Assembly: GCA_963675595.2 (NCBI GenBank)
Contig: CAXXLZ010000001.1
Location: forward strand, 1,504,001 to 1,568,000
Direction: 5' to 3'
Source of the DNA: Thermodesulfobacteriota bacterium
GTDB lineage: Bacteria; Desulfobacterota; Desulfarculia; JACQYL01
DNA length: 64,000 bases
Shown: positions 1-8,335 of the stretch, one piece after another
Position numbering within the stretch: position 1 is the first letter of the stretch
Layout: each line of letters starts with the position of its first letter
Translations under genes and position numbers: made by a program
The notes under the pieces: generated by a model
What the model was told of the DNA's origin: nothing
Databases searched by the model: none
What the model saw: the letters and a program-made list of their open reading frames with translations, nothing else

Positions 1-447
1 GAATTTTAACCACGAAACTATCTGACAAATGTCTTTTAAGTTTTCGTAAGGGTAGAGACCGATCTTGCTCGATGGACCTAAGTTCTTAAACACTCCCCTT
101 AAGGAATCGATGACAGTGGATAGATCTTGTTGCGTCTTTGCGAAGTCATGATCCGTTGGATTTTGTATATGGGTATATTGTATCGCTTGCTGACAGGCTG
201 GTATCAATATGTTCCAAAACTCTCTCAACGCGGATAGATAGCTAAATCTTTTTTGGAAACAATATCCAAGCCATGCTGCAGGGATAGCTATGAAGAATGG
301 GACTAAGTCTTTGAATGTTTGATAGGCAATACTAGCTACGCCATTTGTATCTGGAAAACTTATTCTTAAAAATATACCAATTATTATTGCCAAAAAGTAT
401 ATTAATACGACAATTAGAGTCCACTTGTACAAATTTTTTCGCGTCAT
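1..447 (-). CDS. Low-GC hypothetical membrane protein with two N-terminal TM segments; runs off the window start
   Basis: Not in the ORF track. Read manually from ATG at 447: MTRKNLYKWTLIVVLIYFLAIIIGIFLRISFPD...KDLVPFFIAIPAAWLGYCFQKRFSYLSALREFW...LYPYENLKDI..., open to base 1. Much more AT-rich than the rest of the window. Confidence 0.7.
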   Translation of the reverse strand, partial: MTRKNLYKWTLIVVLIYFLAIIIGIFLRISFPDTNGVASIAYQTFKDLVPFFIAIPAAWLGYCFQKRFSYLSALREFWNILIPACQQAIQYTHIQNPTDHDFAKTQQDLSTVIDSLRGVFKNLGPSSKIGLYPYENLKDICQIVSWLKF

Positions 448-529
448 ATTTTGACTACTTAGATAGATATTAATATAATAGACTGCATGCTATTGCATAC
501 ACAAGCTATCTTTATAAGAACAATGCTTC

Positions 530-598
530 TTATATTTGCTTCTCATGAAACTTAAATCCGATATAGGTCCCGCTGCTGATACCCATGAGCGCCAGCAA
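530..598 (-). pseudogene. C-terminal fragment of the IS3-interrupted multi-TM protein (LLALMGISSGTYIGFKFHEKQI*)
   Basis: It continues ...TMPEFDST of ORF 2177..3430 and parallels that protein's internal repeat STLVLIGISAATGL. Stop TAA at 530-532. Confidence 0.8.
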
Positions 599-638
599 CG
601 GAATGTGTCAATGAAAATGAGACACCTGTTTGCAGAAA

Positions 639-1634
639 TTAGACTCTCACGTCATCGCTCGACGGTTTGTTGATCCACGCGGCCTTGGGCAATTTTGGCG
701 GCTGTGGCACCTTTCCTTTGAAACGGTTGGGGTTGCTCCGGAAGGCAGCCCGAAGAACTTGGCTGCGACACGCTACAATGTCCTGGGCGAGTCCGTAATG
801 GAGCTGTTCGGGTGTGACCAACCCGATGCCTGAATGCCGATGCTCGGGGTTGTACCAGGAGAAGAACTCCCGGCAGAAAGACCGGGCATCCTGGATTGAT
901 CCAAACCGTTTCGGGAATTTCGGGCAATACTTGAGGGTTTTAAACTGCGCCTCCGAGTAGGGGTTATCATTGCTGACATAGGGTCGGCTGTGGGTCTTGG
1001 TCACTCCAATGTCTCCCATGAACTCGGCTACGGACTTCGCTTTCATCGCCGGGCCTCGATCCGCATGGATGATGAGTTGGCCGGACTTGATATCCTGCTT
1101 GAAGCACGTCTCTTCGATGAGTTGCCTGGCCAAAGCGGCGCTTTCCCGATGGGCCACCATCCAGCCGACCACGTAGCGGCTGAAGATGTCCATGATCACG
1201 TAAAGATGGAAATAGGTCCACTTCACAGGCCCTTTTAGCTTCGTAATATCCCAGGACCACACTTTGTTGGGTCCGGTCGCAAGCAACTCGGGCTTTTTAT
1301 AGACAGGCCGCCACGCCTGCTTTCTTCGCTCTTTGACATCACCGGATTCCGCTTTGAGAATCCGGTACATGGTCCGGATGGAGCAGTAGTACTGTCCTTC
1401 ATCGAGCAAGACGGCAAAGACCTGACGGGGAGCATCATCCTGAAAACGGGAGCTGTTAAGCAGATCGACCACGGTTTCCCGCTCCCGGGGGTTCAGAGCC
1501 AAGGGAGGCGCCGGCCGCGGTGTGCGGGCCGCCGCCGGCTTCAGGAGGCGATAGAAACTCGCACGGGGCAGGCCCATGGCTCCACATGCCTGCACGGTTC
1601 CTACCTCGGTGCGCAACTCCATCGCCGCGCTCAT
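639..1634 (-). CDS. IS3 transposase OrfB (integrase-like DDE core)
   Basis: WSWDITKL, MDIFSRYVVGW, HADRG and SNDNPYSEAQFKTLK are rve-type DDE motifs. Confidence 0.93.
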   Translation of the reverse strand: MSAAMELRTEVGTVQACGAMGLPRASFYRLLKPAAARTPRPAPPLALNPRERETVVDLLNSSRFQDDAPRQVFAVLLDEGQYYCSIRTMYRILKAESGDVKERRKQAWRPVYKKPELLATGPNKVWSWDITKLKGPVKWTYFHLYVIMDIFSRYVVGWMVAHRESAALARQLIEETCFKQDIKSGQLIIHADRGPAMKAKSVAEFMGDIGVTKTHSRPYVSNDNPYSEAQFKTLKYCPKFPKRFGSIQDARSFCREFFSWYNPEHRHSGIGLVTPEQLHYGLAQDIVACRSQVLRAAFRSNPNRFKGKVPQPPKLPKAAWINKPSSDDVRV

Positions 1635-2122
1635 GAACTGCTCCCGTCGTCGTCCAGGTCCGGCTGAGCGATCCCCAGTATCTCCGAGATTTTTTTTTGA
1701 ACTTCGATGATGGTTCGCGCCTGTTTCAGTTGATTCTCGAGACGGCGGTTCTCCCTTTCAAGCCGGGCCACCCGCTCTGCCATAGGGTTCTTCTGCTTGG
1801 GCTTCCGGCCTCGCTTCTTTGGCCCAAGCGCACTCAACTGCCCCTGGTCACGTTGTCTACGCCATGTCGCCAGACTCGAAGAATACAGGCCTTTTCGCCA
1901 AAGTAGAGCCCCGAGCCGGCCCGGTTCAGTACACGCATCGGCTTCCTCCAGGATTCTCAGCTTGTACCGGGCTGTAAATCTGCGACGAGGCTTCTTCTCT
2001 GGAACCTCCGGGTCGGGGACCGTGACGTGCTTCCCGATCGTGGTAACTCCGGTCGTCCTACGGACTCCCTCCGTTACCACGATTCCCTCATCCGGATTCT
2101 CTTTCTCTCTGTGCCTCATCAT
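1631..2122 (-). CDS. IS3 transposase OrfA (HTH plus coiled coil); A9 slippery site for a -1 frameshift into OrfB
   Basis: RRRFTARYKLRILEEAD...GLYSSSLATWRRQ. T9 run at 1690-1698 (A9 on the coding strand), and the -1 frame is open into orfB. ATGA overlap with orfB. Confidence 0.88.
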   Translation of the reverse strand: MMRHREKENPDEGIVVTEGVRRTTGVTTIGKHVTVPDPEVPEKKPRRRFTARYKLRILEEADACTEPGRLGALLWRKGLYSSSLATWRRQRDQGQLSALGPKKRGRKPKQKNPMAERVARLERENRRLENQLKQARTIIEVQKKISEILGIAQPDLDDDGSSS

Positions 2123-2187
2123 GCTCCATCTCCTACCCGCCCTACACTAATTTATCAACGGGTAGGTGTCTCACTCTCATTGGCACA

Positions 2188-3430
2188 GAGGGAATGTCGA
2201 ATCGAATTCGGGCATGGTCAAGCTGTCCCAGGTGGAATGGAGAAAAATGACGCCCAGGATGACGGTCCAAACAGCGATCTGGAAGCGGTGAAGGCTGATG
2301 CCCCCGGCATCCGAAAGGATGTCTGAAAAGAATCCTTTCGTCTTCTCGGGTTCCAGTTCCACTTCCACTGCAGGAATCGCTTTTTCCGCCCGGCTCAATG
2401 CACCCTCCTTCTCCGCCTGCTCTTTCAACAGCTTGTCCGTTTCAGGGGTGACGGGTGGGTTCTTCATCAGCTCGGCGAGCTGTGCCAGCCGAGTCTCCAT
2501 CACCTTCTTTTCCTCCTGGAGGTCGTCAAGTTTGCTCGCCGCAGCGCTGCGTTTGCTCGAACTCACGGCGGTGGCGCTCAACCCGGTGGCCGCGCTGATT
2601 CCGATCAGTACGAGCGTCGAATTCCCGAGGGATTGCTGCTCAGTGGTGGTCACCCAGAGGAACACGTAAGAAGCGACGACAATGAAAAACCAGAAGGCCA
2701 TCTGGGTGCGAGCGAGGCTGTATGTCCTTAGCCTCCCCGGAAGCCCGGGGTAGGAATCGCGAATGATGCCGCTGTTTCGGGTCAACCATCCGAACAGGAC
2801 GAGAACAATCAAGAAGAGCGCGACGAAGAACCAGAATCGGGCTTTGTGCACGATCACCAGCGGATAATCCGTCACGTCCGAGGGTAACGGTTGCTCATCT
2901 TCGTATCCGATGGATACGGCAATGGGGTAGGTGAAGCCTTTGTCCCGCGAAAAGGGTCTGCCGAGCAGGTTCCGCCATTGACCATTGGAACTGGATGTCT
3001 TCTTGATCTGAAATATGAGATTGCCGCCTTGGGGTGCACAGACAGCCTGAAGGTCTCGGTGGGGTTTACAGTTCAAGTAAAGAATGAATTTTTCAGGGTC
3101 ATTCCCCGTGGCTTTGAGGTATTTCTCAAGGCCGTCCACCGTTACCGTGATGGTGCTCCCAAGCCTGAGTGCGCCTTCGACCTTTGACACACGCAGTTTC
3201 TTCTCGGCTTCAGGCTCTGTCGGTGGTGTCCGGGATTCACCTTCGTCCGACACGCGCGATTCGCCCTCCTCGGCCCGGGCGTTCGCCGATTGAGCGCCGA
3301 CAAGAAGCAGTCCCACAAGAATCAACACAACCATGCCGGTCAATCTTGTTGTTCCGTTCATCATGATCCTATCTCCCCGCCTGCCTGCGGTGATCCGTTT
3401 TTTCATGCCGCATGGCCGCTCATCCCGCAT
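2188..3430 (-). pseudogene. Multi-TM membrane protein with an N-terminal exported domain, interrupted near its 3' end by IS3 (true start probably about 3364)
   Basis: Signal-like N-terminus. Two repeated TM units (SLARTQMAFW.../SLHRFQIAVW...) separated by a coiled coil. The ORF-track end FPLCQ comes from junction and IS sequence, and the real C-terminus lies at 530-598. Confidence 0.8.
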
Positions 3431-3566
3431 ATTTGTTCACACCGTTTCCGGGGGAACACCATCACCGCGGGCCCCCCTGACGCGGGCATTCTTAAGATGC
3501 AACACTTTCGCCGACATATCCGTTGATTGCAGGCGTGAAAACTTGTGCGGAGAGCGCCCTTGAACT

Positions 3567-3645
3567 CGGTTGCGACGCGCGGCGAGCAACCCGCTCAACA
3601 AGTTTTGGGAAGGGTTTGGGAAACCCTTTTCCAAAAGGGTTTCCC
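3567..3645 (+). repeat. Hairpin repeat, subfamily C (GCGAGCAACCCGCTC...AAGTTTTGGGAAGGGTT-GGGAAACCC-TTTTCCAAAA-GGGTTTCCC)
   Basis: Closely similar copies at 41179-41259 (+) and 39136-39200 (-). An upstream segment near 3449-3491 also resembles 41031-41071. Confidence 0.8.
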
Positions 3646-3772
3646 AAATACCCCGTGAACGGATACCATCACGCTGCGACTTCCTTGGCGGCCGCCGGCA
3701 TGCCGTTGAAATCGATGTTCAGTCCGCCATGGGCACTTGAACGGAATCCCGGTCATCCCCGAAATGCCCCGA

Positions 3773-4345
3773 TCAAGCACGTTTGTGGGGGCATCCGGCC
3801 CAGATTTCCTGGGGATAGATGATCCGATCGGTTCCCGGAATGTCGGGAATGTCGACTCCCGTGTTCAGGTCCAGTCCCATCCTCAGATAGGCCTTGTACG
3901 CGAGTTGGCTGCAGTAGAATCGCTCTTCCGTCGATGAATCCAGGTAATTCAGATTATACGGTTTTCCCGCTTCGGCCTGCCGGAGGCAATAGTCGGCCAC
4001 CTCCCGACGAATCTTATCCATCTCTTCAGAACTTAGATTGCGACCCTCCAATGGATAAGCCACTCCGTACAGCGTGTCGATCAGCAGTCCTCGCTCCTCG
4101 GTCATGCTCTCGGCGTCCCAGTTCCCATCCTTGACGTGGAAGGCGACCACCCTGCCCTTGGCCCCCGCTTCCACACACCGGCCCGCGGGTCCCACGTATA
4201 CCGCAATGTGATCCACTGCGCCCGGAAGCAATTTGCCTATCGCCCGCCAGAATTGACCCAGGATGCTTTCTCCTCCTCCGTCCACGGTGCAGATCAGGTC
4301 CCCGGTCCTCACCGCGATTCCGTTGATTTCATAGTCGTAGAGCAT
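3773..4345 (-). CDS. Permuted papain-like NlpC/P60 amidase (YiiX/YebB/LRAT-like, peptidase C92)
   Basis: GD near the N-terminus, DHIAVYVG (His), VEAG, KPYN, FYCSQLAYKAY (Cys after His, i.e. circular permutation), IYPQEI. Confidence 0.85.
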   Translation of the reverse strand: MLYDYEINGIAVRTGDLICTVDGGGESILGQFWRAIGKLLPGAVDHIAVYVGPAGRCVEAGAKGRVVAFHVKDGNWDAESMTEERGLLIDTLYGVAYPLEGRNLSSEEMDKIRREVADYCLRQAEAGKPYNLNYLDSSTEERFYCSQLAYKAYLRMGLDLNTGVDIPDIPGTDRIIYPQEIWAGCPHKRA

Positions 4346-4369
4346 ACGGACACCCTCCGAGTCGAAGGC

Positions 4370-5479
4370 TCACACCACCACCAATCCGACACTCGGCAGC
4401 AGTTCTCTAAGCACATAGTGCACGTGGTAGTCGGCGGCCTGATGAAAGCGGTAAACACTCCACTCGGCCGCTTCCTCCGGCTTTTCCAATGTGCAGAAGT
4501 CTTCCCACTGCTTATCCCAGGTAACCGTGTCGTAATCCGGTATCACTTGTCCCCCGATTATCCCCAGCCTGCCTTGCCTGAAATCGTCCCGCCAACGTTC
4601 CGAGCGTTCCGTCTTACCTTTCTGCAGGGAGAGTATCCGCCTGATTTGTTCTTTTGAGTTCCCGAAAGGAACGCCGCCTGAGCCATCCGAGTGTTGTGGT
4701 TGGGCGTCGGCGAACCTCTTGAAGAAATCATGCAGACATTCGGCGGCGTCAAGAAAGCTCTCCGTGTTGTTTCGACAGATTAATCCCACGCACGAGGGAT
4801 TTTCTTCGAATCCGAGCTCCCATTCGAGGTAGGGAAGGTCCGGGAGAGTGGCTGCTGCGCCGTGCCCCAAGGCGCCGGAAGCCACTTCAGCACCGTCATG
4901 GATGACCCATCTCTTCATATTTTCCCACAAGCCCCCTTGACAACCGAACTTCCTGAAAAAAGCGGTCAATTTCTTTTCTATATAGGAAGAGGTCGGATCG
5001 TCCGCGTTCAGGGGCCTGATGCTGTTGGCCCGTACCTTGTTTTTCCGCGAGCTGACTCCGGAGAAGCCGAAATGTGAAAAGGTATCGGCATAAACGTGGG
5101 CGGCAATCCCCATCAGTTCCAGAATGTAACAGCGGTCCGACAGTGTCGAGTAATGTTCCAGGACCCGGTTCACCAATTCGCTGTTTTTCACACACAGCAA
5201 ACGCTGGGAGAATTCGCTCCCTTCGTTCCCCGGAAAGAAATGAAAGGGAAGCCACACGAACGGCTGATCGCGTATGTCGCGATTCTCAACCAGTTCGAGG
5301 GTCTTATGTGCGGTAACGATGGGAGCAAGTTTGTTGCCGTCTTCGTGGTACTGAAAATCGTCCTTGACGGCATCGTCCACATACTGGGACGCCGTGGCGA
5401 TGGTTTCGGCCGCGCTTGCCTTCAGCCCCGCCATTCTGGCCAGTGCGTAAACCCCGTAATAGTGCATATCGATCTGCAT
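4370..5479 (-). CDS. DUF6765-like protein, putative Zn-dependent phospholipase C/P1-nuclease fold
   Basis: MQIDMHYY, SQYVDD, PFHFFPG, HVYADTFSH and LGHG motifs. RBS AGGAGG. Paralog at 11401-12372. Confidence 0.7.
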   Translation of the reverse strand: MQIDMHYYGVYALARMAGLKASAAETIATASQYVDDAVKDDFQYHEDGNKLAPIVTAHKTLELVENRDIRDQPFVWLPFHFFPGNEGSEFSQRLLCVKNSELVNRVLEHYSTLSDRCYILELMGIAAHVYADTFSHFGFSGVSSRKNKVRANSIRPLNADDPTSSYIEKKLTAFFRKFGCQGGLWENMKRWVIHDGAEVASGALGHGAAATLPDLPYLEWELGFEENPSCVGLICRNNTESFLDAAECLHDFFKRFADAQPQHSDGSGGVPFGNSKEQIRRILSLQKGKTERSERWRDDFRQGRLGIIGGQVIPDYDTVTWDKQWEDFCTLEKPEEAAEWSVYRFHQAADYHVHYVLRELLPSVGLVVV

Positions 5480-5654
5480 ACGTTCCTCCTTTGGGCAAGG
5501 CGTTGGTTCCCGTTTTCGTCACATTTCCAACGATCCTTCCGTCGCCTGAATCGGCAAAGGAACACCCTGCTCCGGCTTCGTCACGCGCCGGCGGCACGGA
5601 CCCTGCGAACAAGAACGAAAAGATTTCCGACCCATCATCTCAACCTCCCCGCAC

Positions 5655-7100
5655 TCAAGCCGTACGCCTGTGAGAAGGACGCTTTCCCGTGGGAAGGTTC
5701 ATCCGAGGTCCCGTTCGCGTGAAATGTTCGGTGGGAACGGCCAGGGCCGCGAAACGGTCCGCGTGTTCCGGATGGTATTCCCTCACCGCCTCCATCAGCC
5801 AGGAAGGCGGCTTGGATTCATGGAACTTCGCCACGTCTTCCACCTTTTCCACCAGATGGCCGACGTACTTCCTGATGTTGGCTCCGAGGTCGTCCGGTCG
5901 CAGCCCCAGGAAGTCCAGGGGATTTTCCTCCGCAATTTGTTTAAAGGACCGGTCGTCCAGGTACTTTTCGAAGAACTCCCGGTAGTTCTCTTCCGATATC
6001 CGCATCTGAATCAGGAAATGGTCGCTGCCCCACAAGATTCGACGTTGATAATGCTCGTCCTCGATGAGGTCCTTCAGCTTGGCGAAATATCCCGCGTCGC
6101 CCTTCTCTCCCATGGGCGCGGTGTGAAAGGAGATGTCCGCAAACACCTTTCCCGGGTACTTCTCCATGAGGTGAAGAATGGAGCCGGCCCATGCGTCCGG
6201 CTTGTCGTCCACCTTCAACTCACTGGGGGCATGGGCCCTGCTGAATTTCTCGTCTCCTCCGAAGTGCGCAAAACAGACTTTCAGTTTGGGGGTCTTTTCC
6301 AGGATATCGGTCCAGTAGAAGGGATTGGCGTTGGCCACGGAGGCGTCATCCCTACAGAACCCCTCGCCGTTGCAGTGCATGGTAATGGGAAGATCGTTTT
6401 CGGCGCAGTAGTCGTAGATTTCATCAAGGCCGTCCGCATTCACGGAGTACCCCAGGGAGGGATAAAGCTTGACGCCCACAAAAGGGTGATCCTTCAAGGC
6501 CTTTTTCGTCTTGCGGACAAAATCGGTTCGCAGGGGATTCACCGCGTAGAAAGGCAGGACCCTGCCGGGATATCGGTACACTTGGCGGATCGTCTGTCGA
6601 ACCTGTTTCCGAAAGCGTTTCTCGTCCGACTCCTCTTCGTCTTGGCGCCCGGAACGGATATCCATCATAAGCGCAACGGCGCTCTCGTCCTCCTCCAACG
6701 TGTCCATGAGATGATCCGTTACGTCGTCCATGGTTGGAAGCAATCCGATCTGTACGAATTTAATGAAATCGGTGACACCGGCGAATTGGGCGTCGCTGTC
6801 GCACGCTTCTCGGAGCAATTCGTCAAGCATGGGGGAACCCATATGCTCGAAGTCCTTGCGCTCCCGTTGTCTTTCGGTAACGGCTCGAAAGATTTTGTGA
6901 TTGCCCGCCAGTTTCCTTTTCACCGCTTTTTGATCGGCCGGACGGCCCGTACGAATGAAGAACTTCACCACGTCGCAGAGCGCTTCGGCGATAGGCGCGG
7001 GCACGCCGTAACGTATCGCGCGGCCCTCCAGGTTCCGGAAAGCCTCGTTGCCGGCGACCGCCTGGAGATTGAACACGTGACAATGGCTGTTCACACGCAT
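5655..7100 (-). CDS. Amidohydrolase_2-family metallo-hydrolase (start reassigned to ATG 7100)
   Basis: NSHCHVF (HxH), GVKLYPSLGY, PITMHC, CFAHFGG, ADISF, LWGSD. AAGGGA upstream of 7100. Confidence 0.85.
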   Translation of the reverse strand: MRVNSHCHVFNLQAVAGNEAFRNLEGRAIRYGVPAPIAEALCDVVKFFIRTGRPADQKAVKRKLAGNHKIFRAVTERQRERKDFEHMGSPMLDELLREACDSDAQFAGVTDFIKFVQIGLLPTMDDVTDHLMDTLEEDESAVALMMDIRSGRQDEEESDEKRFRKQVRQTIRQVYRYPGRVLPFYAVNPLRTDFVRKTKKALKDHPFVGVKLYPSLGYSVNADGLDEIYDYCAENDLPITMHCNGEGFCRDDASVANANPFYWTDILEKTPKLKVCFAHFGGDEKFSRAHAPSELKVDDKPDAWAGSILHLMEKYPGKVFADISFHTAPMGEKGDAGYFAKLKDLIEDEHYQRRILWGSDHFLIQMRISEENYREFFEKYLDDRSFKQIAEENPLDFLGLRPDDLGANIRKYVGHLVEKVEDVAKFHESKPPSWLMEAVREYHPEHADRFAALAVPTEHFTRTGPRMNLPTGKRPSHRRTA

Positions 7101-7744
7101 GTTATCCCTTTCGGTTGGGAGAGAACGTTGGACTTGCAGGGCAATCACGGTCTGAAATTGAAGGAGGCGAGGGAACCGCAGGCGGGTGCTCCGAGCTTGG
7201 CCTCGCAACGAGAACCGCCCAACCTGATGGAGGAGAAGGATGGGCGTCATGCGCCCGTTTCAATGAAGGGGACAGGCCTGCGACGAAGGAGGGTGAGGAA
7301 TCACCCGGGACTCCGCATTCCGGTCGGAAGGAATCCATCGCGTGTCGGGGGAGAAAGGTCAAAATGGAGAGACAATGGAACGGGAAGGAATAGCTGTTTC
7401 GTCTTTTTCTCGTGCGGAGGGAGAGCGGCCGGTCCGCGCACCGACCGGCAAACGGCCTCCGGGAGTGGAAGACCGTGCCTTGCGGATCTAAGAACCCCCT
7501 AATGCCCCGTAAACGGAACATCATCAGCCCATCCTCCGCCGGCCCGCGGTTCAGGAAGAAATCACCCTACAAATAGCTTTACGCGCAATCCAATGGGCTG
7601 TCTATTGGTAATTCCCGTCATTTTTCATCGTACCGGCGGCGAAGAGACGGAAACGCCCTCCCCGGCACCGGATTAAAACCGGCTACATTTTTCCGGCTCT
7701 TCACCCTCCTTTCAGGCTTGGACGTCGCTCATTCCAAGACACCA

Positions 7745-8335
7745 TCACTCTCCGCGCAACTTAATGTCGGGATACAGCTCTTTCGCGCATTCTCTACACA
7801 GGCTGTGGCTGAACTTGGCGTCGGAGTGTTCCTGGATATAGGCCTCGAGTTGATTCCAATACCCCTGATCGTCCCGTATCTTCTTGCATTTCATGCAGAT
7901 GGGAAGAATACCTCGAAGCACCTTGATCTCGTCGAAAGCCTTTTCAAGTTTCTCTTTGTCCTCCATCGTCTGTTTCAGCAGCTTCTCTTTGGATCTCCGC
8001 TCTATCAGATAATGCTGAAAAATAATATTCACCATGAAACCCGATATGATCAAACATAGGACCACCGTAAACGCGACATCGATAACTCTCTGAATTCTGT
8101 GTTCAAAATAGGAAACAGTTTCAGGATGTAGATATTCTATGGTCATCAATCCAAGGATGGTCAGCAAGAGCATCACGTAGAACAGTATCTTCAGCCGGGT
8201 ACTCAGGAGTATCGTAGCCGGTATAATCAGAACAAAGAAATAGTAAGGTACGCTCTCGTAAGAACCACCACCGACAAACCACAGATAGGAAAGTAACAAA
8301 GGGAAGAACAGTCCCAACGGAATATACAACATCTT
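7745..8335 (-). pseudogene. 5'-truncated membrane sensor-type protein with the deltaproteobacterial C-terminal LPICxxCKKIRDD...HSLCxxC domain
   Basis: Several TM helices, a coiled coil, then LRGILPICMKCKKIRDDQGYWNQLEAYI...SHSLCREC. The 5' end abuts the IS end at 8336 and no RBS is visible. Confidence 0.7.

Larger units (their letters stand above)
604..2187 (-). mobile_element. IS3-family insertion sequence, 1584 bp
   Basis: 24-bp terminal inverted repeats TGTGTCAATGAAAATGAGACACCT (604-627) and TGTGCCAATGAGAGTGAGACACCT (reverse complement ending 2187), 3 mismatches, TG...CA ends. Contains orfA and orfB. No clean target-site duplication. Confidence 0.92.

Noticed and set aside
3437-3634. 65-aa ORF MEKGFPNPSQNLLSG...
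   Set aside because: Translation of the hairpin repeat, with no RBS or coding features.
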